A DNA stretch of 37,531 nucleotides from Promethearchaeota archaeon (GCA_048939765.1 JBHLPF010000036.1:1-37531), one strand, 5' to 3'. Counted from the first letter of the stretch, positions 18,507 to 27,858 are shown. Notes: generated by a model from the letters alone, not told the origin. Program-made: numbers and translations.

Positions 18507-19253
18507 TTAAGGATATGAAACTGTGCCTGTAATTGCATTATAGAAATTGGCCATTGGAGTCTGCAAGCGGCCACCTTCAAGCAGCCAGTATCCTTGACTG
18601 TATCCTGTTACTTCCGGCCAGCCCCATTCTGTATAGCCGCCGGTCCAGGTACCATTAGTCACATACACAAGACCATCGCTCGAAGTATATCCTATGTAAA
18701 ACATGGACAGGTCTTCAAAGAACACTTCTACGAAGAAATCTATGGGCCAAGTCTGCGGCCAATCTGTTGGATGCGATGTCGCATCAGCCATTCGACCAAT
18801 ACCATCATCTACTAGTGACCCACTGAGAGAGAACCATTCCGCAGGACTTAGCCAATCACTGCCTGTGATGTTTTGATCATAGGGCGCAAAGAGAACCTCG
18901 ATCCTGCAGTAGTCTGTGTCATTTCTCCCCATCTGCACGCCATCAACAAAAGCTCCGGCATGTGTTGCATTATAGAAATTCGAGAGTTCCTCGTTGACAA
19001 ATGTTGAGTTGCACATCCAATAAAAGACTACATCCTCTCTTTTGCTATTTAGAAATTCCGCGCTCAACGGGCCATAGCCCTCTAATGGGCCAGTAGTGGT
19101 GGTAGTTGTTGTTGTAGTAGTCGTAGTGGTTGTAGTTGGTCCAATTCCTCCCGGAAACCAGAACATTGCTGCAGCAAATCCTGCCACGATGATGACAGCA
19201 ACCAGGATTGGCGCAAGCATAGTTCTTCCAAGACTGGAATCGTATTGCTTCAT
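18507..19253 (-). CDS. N-terminally anchored surface protein with poly-Thr linker
   Basis: AGGTGA RBS; TM segment, 15 consecutive Thr, then a Trp/Gly-rich extracellular domain with N-glycosylation sequons. Confidence 0.85.
   Translation of the reverse strand: MKQYDSSLGRTMLAPILVAVIIVAGFAAAMFWFPGGIGPTTTTTTTTTTTTTTTGPLEGYGPLSAEFLNSKREDVVFYWMCNSTFVNEELSNFYNATHAGAFVDGVQMGRNDTDYCRIEVLFAPYDQNITGSDWLSPAEWFSLSGSLVDDGIGRMADATSHPTDWPQTWPIDFFVEVFFEDLSMFYIGYTSSDGLVYVTNGTWTGGYTEWGWPEVTGYSQGYWLLEGGRLQTPMANFYNAITGTVSYP
19092..19136 (-). repeat. ACN trinucleotide tract encoding 15 Thr
   Basis: Mixed ACT/ACC/ACA/ACG codons. Confidence 0.9.
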
Positions 19254-19300
19254 AGTTCTTCACCTATTTGATACAAGAACCATTTCGATAATATGCTACG

Positions 19301-19338
19301 CATTGAACACTCTGTTCAACCCATTGAACACCCAATGG
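19301..19338. promoter_or_regulatory. Operator-like TTGAACA repeats
   Basis: Palindrome TTGAACA-CTC-TGTTCAA (19303-19319) and direct repeat CATTGAACAC (19301, 19322). Confidence 0.55.
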
Positions 19339-19529
19339 AGTGCAAGGGAACATATGCAGAATGCGAACCTTGGCAATATTCGCTAGGAACGGCGGGAAGG
19401 GGACTGATCTTGTCTGCAAGACCATTTGGAACCTCTCGTTCCAAGGTACATACCGATAATATAAAACGGACATACTGATGCTGCAACTTGTCTATAGTCA
19501 AGCCTCAGCTGGGAGTCTGTAGGTGATAA

Positions 19530-20003
19530 TTGATGCCCACACACAATGATGTATCACAGGATTATACGAGTGTCACAGATTACATTGATCATATGAGCCC
19601 CTCCCAAAAGGGAGGATTCGTTCGAAGAAGAGACGACTATGAGCTTAACAAGGATGCAGTGGATATCCTCAAGACCTTCAAGGATGACTACGATTTCATT
19701 GTCTTCTTTGCAGATTGGTGCGGCGACTCGCGAAAGGCGGTACCAGTCCTATCACTCTTGGAGCAAGAGCTGGACATCAAAATAGCAGCACTAGGCGGCA
19801 TGACGAAGCCCCCATTTGGCTCCAAGGCAACGTGGGCAATCCCTCCAAGTCCCACTGAAGTAGAGACATTCGATATCCGAAGCAGTCCAACAATCATTGT
19901 CTTCAAGAAGTCAGGCGAAGAAGTCGGGAGGATGAAGACGCGTCCCAAGAACACCTCTACTGTTGAAGAAGAACTCATTTGGATAATAGAATCGAGTAAC
20001 TGA
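19530..20003 (+). CDS. Thioredoxin-family protein (monothiol WCGDS)
   Basis: VFFADWCGDS, cis-Pro loop SPT and GEEVGR; AGGTGA RBS. Confidence 0.88.
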   Translation: MMPTHNDVSQDYTSVTDYIDHMSPSQKGGFVRRRDDYELNKDAVDILKTFKDDYDFIVFFADWCGDSRKAVPVLSLLEQELDIKIAALGGMTKPPFGSKATWAIPPSPTEVETFDIRSSPTIIVFKKSGEEVGRMKTRPKNTSTVEEELIWIIESSN

Positions 20004-20016
20004 GCTGTACCACTGC

Positions 20017-20448
20017 TCAGTATTCTGCGTAGACATTGACATCCTTCTTCTTGCATCCGTCACAGTTTTCGAATCCAGGCCCAAGACAATCCGCAGCTCT
20101 GGAGCCACCATGCTTCTTCCCCCATTCTTGCATCAGGGTCAGCACCCCCCTGAGATCCTCTCCCTTGTTCGTGAGTGTATAGGTGACACTTGGCGGAGTC
20201 ACTTCTGGGTTGACCTCTCGTGTCACAAGCCCCTCTTCCACAAGCTCCTTCAGCCTACCTGAGAGGACTTTGGCACTGATCCAATCCAAGGTCCTGTGTA
20301 TCTCGTTGAATCTTAGTCCGTTCATAGCTGGAGTTGTCATTAATGCCTGGAGAATCAGAATTGTCCATCGCTTCCCCAAGATGTTCGACGCGATAAACAC
20401 TGGACAGGACATAACAGCCTCCTTGCTTCTAGCTTCCATTTCAGCCAC
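20017..20448 (-). CDS. HxlR/DUF24-family redox-sensing regulator
   Basis: CPV....ILGKRW, RFNEI...L..IS.KVLS.RLKEL and PP.V.Y.LT.KG. Confidence 0.93.
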   Translation of the reverse strand: MAEMEARSKEAVMSCPVFIASNILGKRWTILILQALMTTPAMNGLRFNEIHRTLDWISAKVLSGRLKELVEEGLVTREVNPEVTPPSVTYTLTNKGEDLRGVLTLMQEWGKKHGGSRAADCLGPGFENCDGCKKKDVNVYAEY

Positions 20449-20465
20449 CCAAATCGAATAGTCGA

Positions 20466-20510
20466 TTACTATTTGTTACTTACTATACGGTAACTACTAC
20501 CTTTATATAA
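20466..20510. promoter_or_regulatory. Divergent promoter with TTAC-N6-GTAA site and TTTATATA TATA box
   Basis: Repeated TTACT motifs, TTAC-TATACG-GTAA (20480-20493), and TATA at 20502-20509, about 33 nt before the ATG at 20542. Confidence 0.5.
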
Positions 20511-20541
20511 GTTTGGTACACGAAATGCCCTGTGGCTGACA

Positions 20542-21297
20542 ATGGTTCGACGACTAATGATTGTGATTGACGAGGACAAGTGCACTGGATGCGGCTTATG
20601 CGTGCCTAATTGCGCTGAGGGAGCGCTCAAGATAGTTGACGGAAAAGCCAAGGTTGTTTCCGAGAGCTACTGTGACGGATTAGGCGCATGCCTAGGACAC
20701 TGTCCGGAGGGAGCACTAACACTGAGAGAAGTGGAAACAGTGGAATTTGATGAGGAGGCTGCTATGGCATATGTTGCCGAAACTGGAGGCCAGGCAGCTG
20801 TGACTGCTGCAGCAACCCATGGGGGCAGCGTCGATGTTGGATGTGCTGGCTCAGAGGCATTCACATACGCTGCGGGCCATGAGGAATTGTCTCATGACAG
20901 GACCGTGCCAGAAAGAGTTGCACCTTCTCAGCTAAACCAATGGCCTGTGAAGCTCAAGTTGCTGAGCCCCCAGCACCCAGTGTTTCAGAACTCAAAAATT
21001 GTGATACTAGCAGATTGCGCAGGCCCTGCATATGCTGGCTTGCATCAGGACTTCATCAAGGATCGCGCTGCCATTATGGTCTGTCCCAAGTTTGAGGACT
21101 ACGAGGCGAACCTCCAGAAACTTAGCGCCATCTTTCAGAATCACAACATCAAAGACATCTCTCTTGTACACATGGAAGTCCCATGCTGCTTCGGCCTGGC
21201 GAGGCTCACCGAAGAAGCTATACACAACTCTGGCAAAGAAATTCCGCTCAGGTCCTACGTGATTGGAGTAAAAGGCGAGATAAAGGCGGTCATGTAG
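20542..21297 (+). CDS. 4Fe-4S dicluster protein with conserved C-terminal Fe-S domain
   Basis: CTGCGLCVPNC and CDGLGACLGHCP; S.L.QWPV.L.L, ADC, CPK and MEVPCC.GL. Confidence 0.92.
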   Translation: MVRRLMIVIDEDKCTGCGLCVPNCAEGALKIVDGKAKVVSESYCDGLGACLGHCPEGALTLREVETVEFDEEAAMAYVAETGGQAAVTAAATHGGSVDVGCAGSEAFTYAAGHEELSHDRTVPERVAPSQLNQWPVKLKLLSPQHPVFQNSKIVILADCAGPAYAGLHQDFIKDRAAIMVCPKFEDYEANLQKLSAIFQNHNIKDISLVHMEVPCCFGLARLTEEAIHNSGKEIPLRSYVIGVKGEIKAVM

Positions 21298-21420
21298 GAT
21301 TACGCTGAACTAACTTCCAACCTTAGTTCGACCAATGGTGCCACTTCGAAAGAGGGGCGACTCATCTGGAACAACGCTTATGTTGAGGCTGGCACCATAG
21401 CTCACGTTGTGGGGTGAAGG

Positions 21421-21831
21421 TTGGAAATACAGAATCGTGCTCTAAGAGCCCTCTATGTAATAATCTTTGTCGGGGGCATATTCGAACTAGTAATGGGCAT
21501 TGTGATTCTTTTCGCGGGCGACATAGTAATTTCGATTTCAGGTGGATCCCCCACTCCAGTTTTTCCGCTCTATTGGCGAACGATGGGATTGCTAGCTATT
21601 GCTCTTGGCAGTCTACAGATTCATGCATCAAGAGATATTAAGAGGTACGTCGCGATTCCGATTGCGGCGAGCTGTGTCAGGCTGGTCCTGCCGATTCTCA
21701 CCTACTTGCAGATGCTAGATTCTCCAACAATGGGTGGCGCCTTGGTTATATCAACAGCGTTCGATTTCTTCCTGGCGGTGGCAACACTTGTCCTCCTTTA
21801 TAGAGTTGGTCTGCTGAGTAGTCAAAAATGA
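21421..21831 (+). CDS. 4-TM membrane protein
   Basis: Four hydrophobic helices; GGGGTGA RBS; upstream promoter-like AACGCTTATGTTGA. Confidence 0.75.
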   Translation: MEIQNRALRALYVIIFVGGIFELVMGIVILFAGDIVISISGGSPTPVFPLYWRTMGLLAIALGSLQIHASRDIKRYVAIPIAASCVRLVLPILTYLQMLDSPTMGGALVISTAFDFFLAVATLVLLYRVGLLSSQK

Positions 21832-21847
21832 ATTAGACTTAGATATA

Positions 21848-22732
21848 CTAGTCACGGTCCAGCGGCCATTTGGGAGTCATAGAGGAATAAGTTTCCCTAC
21901 CACGATAAGAAACAGCGACAGGCATGTGGGGTGTGTCAAACCCGAGGCCAACGTTTCCGACCTTATCAACCATAATCAATCCAGCTTCGCCACTAGTCTT
22001 TTCCTTGAGCAGACGCATTGCCTTTGTAGATGCCTCTTGGGCATCTAGTCCTTCCTCAACGTAGAGAACTGCTACGCGAGCCATCACGATTCTCAATATC
22101 TGTTCGCCCTTGCCTGTGCAGCTCGCCGCTGCCATTTCATTGGCATATACTCCGGCTCCAATGATAGAGGAGCCCCCGACTCTTCCTGGAAATTGACCAG
22201 GCCAGCCGCTGGTTGAAGAGGCAGAAGCTATGCGTCCATGAGAATCGACCGCCACACAACCAACGGTATCATGACCTTCTCCCGCTCCTATAGGCATATT
22301 CTTCGTTTCTCCTGGCGCGTCTTCATGGCGGTAGCCAGTGTCAATCATTTCTTGGTAAAGCTCCTTTGCACCGTCCCCTGTGACCTGACAGATTGGAGTT
22401 CGCTCAAGCACATAACGTGCAAGACTGATTGGATGGACTACATCTTGAACAGCAATCACCGCTCCACTCTCAAGCTTATTGCCATCCATGATCATGGCAT
22501 TCAGCTCGACATAGCCATCTCGATTAAGTCTAGCACCTCTACCCGCGGTGAATAGATCAGTTTCTTCCAGCTCCCAGATAGCTGCTTCCGCTGCAGCAAC
22601 CGCAGATGCACCCTTGCCAAGAAGCCGCATTCCAGATTCAGCGGCATGCTCGACTGCATGGATTATTGCTGGGATGTGCTCTTCCCTGAATTTGGTCGCG
22701 CCGCCGTGAACTGCGATTACAGGCAATGGCAA
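21848..22732 (-). CDS. Type-2 asparaginase/isoaspartyl peptidase (Ntn-hydrolase) family, atypical
   Basis: HGGA, D|TVGCVAVD..G autocleavage site, GRVG and SCTG.GE. Confidence 0.9.
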   Translation of the reverse strand: MPLPVIAVHGGATKFREEHIPAIIHAVEHAAESGMRLLGKGASAVAAAEAAIWELEETDLFTAGRGARLNRDGYVELNAMIMDGNKLESGAVIAVQDVVHPISLARYVLERTPICQVTGDGAKELYQEMIDTGYRHEDAPGETKNMPIGAGEGHDTVGCVAVDSHGRIASASSTSGWPGQFPGRVGGSSIIGAGVYANEMAAASCTGKGEQILRIVMARVAVLYVEEGLDAQEASTKAMRLLKEKTSGEAGLIMVDKVGNVGLGFDTPHMPVAVSYRGRETYSSMTPKWPLDRD

Positions 22733-22786
22733 ATTGGATACCCAGACTCTGCAACATTAGAACGTCACAAAAACCTGTCGAGATAG

Positions 22787-23695
22787 CTAGATGCCCATCC
22801 GATTCAGTTCTCTTTCCAGGAACTCTTTTGTGAGATGGAGATTGGTCCATCGCTCAGCAAACGTGCCAGGTGTGACCCTCTGTTCATCATAGACCTTTTG
22901 CAGTTGAAGGATTTCTTGATTGGTTTCATCGAGTCTGTCACGGTACATCTGAATCCTGATTTCAACCGTCGCCTCCTTTGCCTCACCGGGTGATTGCACT
23001 GAAATTATCTTCCCGTCCATGATTCGATATATCCTGTCCGTCCGTCTGGCAATCTGAGGATCATGCGTAACAATCAGCACTGTCTTTCCCATGTCCTTAT
23101 TGACGCTCAGCAAGAACTCGACAATCTTAGCTCCAGTTTCAGTATCAAGGTCTCCTGTTGGCTCGTCCGCAATCACAATTGGCGGATCATTTGCGAGGGC
23201 TGCTGCTATCGCGACTCGCTGTTTCTCGCCTCCGCTCAATTCATCAGGCTTGTGATTCATTCGAAGTCCTAGGCCAACGGTCTCCAGCAATTCTTCCACA
23301 CGCTTCTTGCGAGCATCCTTAGGGGCACCTATTGCAAGCATAGGGAGCTCGACGTTCTCATAAGCCGTCAATGTTGGGATAAGGTTCAGAGTCTGAAAGA
23401 TATGTCCCACGATTCTCTGCCTGAGATTACCGAGTTGTGCAGGTGAAGAACCAGAAATGTCGTTTCCCGCGACGAAAGTCTTCCCTGCTGTCGCGTAGGT
23501 CAAGCCACCGAGAATATTGAGCAGAGTCGTCTTTCCAGACCCGCTTGGTCCGATGATGGATATTACCTCGCCTTTGTCTATCTTGATTGAAAGGCCGCGG
23601 AGTGCCTGAACCTCTACATCTCCGAGCTGATACACCTTTACTAGATCTCTTGTTTCGATGTAACTTGTCATGCTTTCCATTTCATTCACCTTCAT
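22787..23695 (-). CDS. ABC transporter ATP-binding protein (LolD/MacB-like) with C-terminal extension
   Basis: GPSGSGKTT, LSGGEKQRVAIA, ADEPTG and VTHD. Confidence 0.95.
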   Translation of the reverse strand: MKVNEMESMTSYIETRDLVKVYQLGDVEVQALRGLSIKIDKGEVISIIGPSGSGKTTLLNILGGLTYATAGKTFVAGNDISGSSPAQLGNLRQRIVGHIFQTLNLIPTLTAYENVELPMLAIGAPKDARKKRVEELLETVGLGLRMNHKPDELSGGEKQRVAIAAALANDPPIVIADEPTGDLDTETGAKIVEFLLSVNKDMGKTVLIVTHDPQIARRTDRIYRIMDGKIISVQSPGEAKEATVEIRIQMYRDRLDETNQEILQLQKVYDEQRVTPGTFAERWTNLHLTKEFLERELNRMGI

Positions 23696-26484
23696 TCTCT
23701 CAGAACGTCAACCTTTGTTTCTGTGAATCTAGAGGCCAAGATGATTGGCACAACAGCAGCCACAAAAACTGCCAGCACCATGCTAAACATACCAAGCACC
23801 GCTGGTGCAGACAAGACAACTTGCGGGCGGACAAGTGCCTGCAGGTTCTGACTCTGATTTGAGAGGTCCCCGAATAGCTCTATGAACCCAGTTCCAATTC
23901 CAAGGATGAGTGAGAATAAAGTCATCACCATAATCTCAGCTACTAGCACCTTCAGAACTTGCCCACGAGTGAAGCCACGAACCCTGAGTAGAGTAGTTTC
24001 ATACTCCTTTTCTTTCAGAGTGAGTCCTACTACAAGTCCCGTGCCAACTATTGCAAGGACAACTGCAAAGATGACACCCACCCATCGAGCTCTGGTTCCT
24101 CCTGCCTCGAATGTGTTTTCTTCCAATGATTTCAGAGTTGATGTTACAGAGCCAGTGCTCTGAATATCATCAGGGGCGATAGATGCAATCTCTTCTTCAA
24201 GCAAGGTTCCATTGATGCCATCTTCAGTCTTTACAAGGACGTGACCTTCAGAATATTCCTCAAGACCAGTTGAGTTCAGAAAGTCCCTTGGGACAAATGA
24301 GGGGTATGTCCCTCCAAATGCAAATTGCCCGAATTGTCTTGAAATATCTCCAAATAAACTTTCAAACACACTTACAAACCCAACAAAACCTACAATCTCC
24401 AGCCTATGCATATCGCTACCACTTGTTCCCCAAAGAGTGATGTAGTTACCAATTCGAAGGTCTAGCTGCCGGGCAACTGATATCGAGAGCAGAATCTTAC
24501 CACCAGTGAAATTGGAGAGGACATCCTCAAGAGTAGGACCAGAAAACCAGCTCGATTCATAGTAAGCCGCATCTGTCCAGTTCTCAGGAGAGATTCCTCT
24601 AACTTCCATGCTGCCTCGTGAGCTACTCATTGAGATATGATACTCGAGTGTGACTGCATCCACGCCATTCAATCCCTCTATTTCGTTTATCGGTTCAGAG
24701 AGGTTCGCGCCAGCATTGAAGGTGGCACTCACGTTGGAGCCTACATCATAGAGTGCAGTCCTTATGACACGGTCTTGCTCGGAGAAAAGCCCTCCAACAC
24801 TGAAGATGCCATAGGAAACAATGAGGGCAACCACAAAGACAAGTGCCGCATTTCTTGATGGATTTCGTTTCACATTTCTAGTGGCGAGCTTGCCAAATGC
24901 TCCAAAAAAGCGACTTCCTGCCCCAACAATTGCCTCTTGGAACTTCTGTGATCCTCTCAGTAATATCTTGGTGAGGCCATAGAGGAATAGGATTGGGCCA
25001 GCAAAGTTCAGAAATGCATCAACAGGCGTCCAGATTCCAGTGATGATAAGTAATAGGAAATTTGTGGAGAGCGCACCTGAGAGCACTGCCTGCATGTTGA
25101 TACCAAGAATCCATGCGACTATTTTGTAGGTGCCGAGCACCAGAGCAATGGTCGGGAGAAGTCGCTTGTAGGTCCTCTGCTCTTCGATGTAGACATATTG
25201 CTTCAGAGCATCTAGCGGGTCGAGCTTTGAAGCACGGCTGGATGGGCCTCGAACAGACCAATAGGCTAGGATGAGCGCAAAAGCAACGACGAATACTGAT
25301 GTCATTGGATTTCCAATGAATGCGAGCAGTAGGTTGTCTATTGGTGCGGCAACAACCATGTGACCTAGAATTGTTCCTAACGCCAGGCCCAGGATTCCTC
25401 CTATTAGACCTATAATGAGTCCTTCAAAGACGAGCATCCGTCTGATAGACTTGGGCCCCATGCCTTTTGTTGATAGAAGGCCAAACTCGCGTCGTCTCAG
25501 ATTATAGCTTACATCACTGAGCATCGTGGAGGAATACCAAGACATGAAGATGATCGGTGCCGCCAGACTGACAAATGCCAGGATCAGAATAGTGGACATT
25601 AAAGAAACGAATCCAAGAGTAGTACCCACAAGATTCGTGACTTCCGTATTCATGGGGGCTGTTCTATCTTCAATCTTTGCTACAACATCATTGACGGCAT
25701 TGGTTGAAGCACTAACATCATAGGGATTTATGACAAGGTCTCGATTCAACTGACATGCAAATCCAGTAGTCATCATCAACCGAGTTGCATTCTCATCCGT
25801 GGCAAAGACATCTATGAAGGGCAAGAGCGTGGATGACCAATCTGTTATGAGAAGATTGTAATTGCGCCAATTCCCTAGCTCAATTTGAATGAATCCTAAG
25901 CTGAAATATCTGGGAGGATTAAGCAGCCGAGCAGTGCGGTCAGGAATGTCGACGTATCCTGCCACAGTCAGGTTGAGTTCATAGTCTATGAAGTATGGAA
26001 ACTCTGTTGTCTGTACTCTAATAGGAACTTGCAGAATCTCACCGACTGAGAGAGCAGTAGCATTGACTGAGCCAGCGACAATGTATGTTTCATTTGCACC
26101 CAATGTTTCTGAGCCGTTAATGAGATTCATTGTTTGCCAAGCTGTACTCTGTGGATTTAGCCCGACGACATCAAACGAAGTACCTGTCGTCTGGTTATAC
26201 GTATATGTCACTTTGCCGTAGACATCAGCTGAAGCAATTTCAGGCATGCCCTCGAGCGAGGCTTGAAGTTCATCCATCTGAAACGGTGTCCAGGTTACAT
26301 TGTTCGCTTGAACACGCAGATCGTAATCAACATCTTCTAGTGCATTCAATAGTGCGACCCTCGATGTGACATCAGCAGAAATCACCATTGCTGCGAAGAA
26401 AGTCGTCGCTATGAGCACACCAATCGTGAGGGCAATGAAAAGTCGATATCCTCTTGAGACCCTCTTCAGTGCGTATCGAAACAA
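23692..26484 (-). CDS. ABC transporter permease, double FtsX/MacB type
   Basis: RRREFGLLSTKG and KEYETTLLRVRG FtsX motifs; two large extracellular domains; ATGA overlap with the ATPase gene. Confidence 0.92.
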   Translation of the reverse strand: MFRYALKRVSRGYRLFIALTIGVLIATTFFAAMVISADVTSRVALLNALEDVDYDLRVQANNVTWTPFQMDELQASLEGMPEIASADVYGKVTYTYNQTTGTSFDVVGLNPQSTAWQTMNLINGSETLGANETYIVAGSVNATALSVGEILQVPIRVQTTEFPYFIDYELNLTVAGYVDIPDRTARLLNPPRYFSLGFIQIELGNWRNYNLLITDWSSTLLPFIDVFATDENATRLMMTTGFACQLNRDLVINPYDVSASTNAVNDVVAKIEDRTAPMNTEVTNLVGTTLGFVSLMSTILILAFVSLAAPIIFMSWYSSTMLSDVSYNLRRREFGLLSTKGMGPKSIRRMLVFEGLIIGLIGGILGLALGTILGHMVVAAPIDNLLLAFIGNPMTSVFVVAFALILAYWSVRGPSSRASKLDPLDALKQYVYIEEQRTYKRLLPTIALVLGTYKIVAWILGINMQAVLSGALSTNFLLLIITGIWTPVDAFLNFAGPILFLYGLTKILLRGSQKFQEAIVGAGSRFFGAFGKLATRNVKRNPSRNAALVFVVALIVSYGIFSVGGLFSEQDRVIRTALYDVGSNVSATFNAGANLSEPINEIEGLNGVDAVTLEYHISMSSSRGSMEVRGISPENWTDAAYYESSWFSGPTLEDVLSNFTGGKILLSISVARQLDLRIGNYITLWGTSGSDMHRLEIVGFVGFVSVFESLFGDISRQFGQFAFGGTYPSFVPRDFLNSTGLEEYSEGHVLVKTEDGINGTLLEEEIASIAPDDIQSTGSVTSTLKSLEENTFEAGGTRARWVGVIFAVVLAIVGTGLVVGLTLKEKEYETTLLRVRGFTRGQVLKVLVAEIMVMTLFSLILGIGTGFIELFGDLSNQSQNLQALVRPQVVLSAPAVLGMFSMVLAVFVAAVVPIILASRFTETKVDVLRE

Positions 26485-26545
26485 CCCTTCAGACCTCCAA
26501 GATACTATTGAGTTTGGCCAGACAGTTGAATTGTTTTATTATCGG

Positions 26546-26581
26546 ATGTGATATTGAATGCGATATCGAATGCGATATAAA
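26546..26581. promoter_or_regulatory. Three tandem 12-bp repeats upstream of the ABC operon
   Basis: ATGTGATATTGA ATGCGATATCGA ATGCGATATAAA. Confidence 0.55.
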
Positions 26582-26730
26582 GTTGCTGGTTTTTTCTCCG
26601 ATGGAGAAAACAAGAGAATCGCCCTTCTATGTTTCTCCGGTTTCGATACAGAAATCTAGAGTTATAAGCTGGATGATTGAGACATCACGTTGCCATTTCT
26701 TACGCTTCTGTTTTGCCGGCTCCAATCCTT

Positions 26731-27858
26731 TCATTTATTCGCTTGGATGGCATTGTATGTTTCTTCCATAGTCTTTGGCGGGATGAACTCCTTCTCATGC
26801 TTCTTTAGTGTGATAGCTCCTTCAGGACAGTTAGCTACACATACCCCACATCCGATGCATCTGTCCAGGTTGATAACCAGTAAGTCATCCTGGAAACTCA
26901 GCGCTTTCATCTGACAAAGATCCACGCATGTGCCGCATTGCGAACAAAGATCATGGTCTACTTCTGAACGGTAGTTGGTGGTGAATAATTCTACAGGTTT
27001 TGGCATTGCTCCCTTTCCACGGAGGAGACCACAGCAGCAACCGCAACAGCTGCAAATGAACTCAAACTTCTCGGAATTGCTGGGCTGAAGGACAAGACCC
27101 TCACTCTGAGCTTGTTCAATGAGCTCCATCAGCTCATCTTTAGAAATCTCACGCCCCCATCCATTACTGATGAACATCTTGGCAAAAGGTCCTGAACCAA
27201 TGCAGGTCTCCTCTCTATCAGTGACTTTGCATGGCTTGCCGTGAATCTTCTTTATTTCTCTGCATATGCAATGCATGACCATGAAGGGAGCATCAGCAGT
27301 TTCAATGAGTTCTCTTATGTTGTCATAACTCGCTACAGGGCTTTCAGGTGAGAAGCTTTTCTGAACTGGAATGATTCTGAATTGTTTGGGTCGCGCCGTG
27401 AATAGTGCTTTGCCGTACGCATCTCTGTTGTAATCACGAGAAAGCTTGATGAACTCCTCTGTCATTCGCCCAATTTGAAGCTCATAGATTCCGACCATCC
27501 ATTGTGCATTGTTATAGAACTTCGTCCCTTCTTCAACCTTGAAGTGCACTAGTCCCTTTGACGCCATCCTATCTAGAACCTCTTCAAGCGCCTCGATAGT
27601 GATACCAACGTCTTTTGCTCGATCGAAGATAGTTTCCAAGTCATCTACGGCGCGATGCCAGTACGTAAGAAATGTGGCAATGAGGGCTTCTTCGGGTGTG
27701 AAAAGATACTTCAGAAGTCGTATGTCAGCATCGGATTCTGCCGCAGGAAATCCGATAGGGGTCTTATCCAAGTGCTCCTGCAAACGACGATAGACACTAT
27801 CATCAGCCAACTCTGCTTCTGTCAATCTGCATTCTCCTCCTGTATCGTAGGATGTCAT
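26731..27858 (-). CDS. Multi-Fe-S protein (N-terminal wHTH-like region, Cys-rich core, C-terminal 2x[4Fe-4S])
   Basis: CICR, CSCCGCCCG, CSQCGTCVDLC and CIGCGVCVANCP. Confidence 0.9.
   Translation of the reverse strand: MTSYDTGGECRLTEAELADDSVYRRLQEHLDKTPIGFPAAESDADIRLLKYLFTPEEALIATFLTYWHRAVDDLETIFDRAKDVGITIEALEEVLDRMASKGLVHFKVEEGTKFYNNAQWMVGIYELQIGRMTEEFIKLSRDYNRDAYGKALFTARPKQFRIIPVQKSFSPESPVASYDNIRELIETADAPFMVMHCICREIKKIHGKPCKVTDREETCIGSGPFAKMFISNGWGREISKDELMELIEQAQSEGLVLQPSNSEKFEFICSCCGCCCGLLRGKGAMPKPVELFTTNYRSEVDHDLCSQCGTCVDLCQMKALSFQDDLLVINLDRCIGCGVCVANCPEGAITLKKHEKEFIPPKTMEETYNAIQANK

Noticed and set aside
19096-19386. Poly-Val ORF on the plus strand
   Set aside because: Antisense shadow of the poly-Thr tract.
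340-21297. Selenoproteins (in-frame TGA) among the redox and sulfur genes, plausible in Asgard archaea
   Set aside because: All recognisable active sites are encoded as Cys or Ser, TGA stops fall at natural C-termini, and no convincing SECIS was seen.
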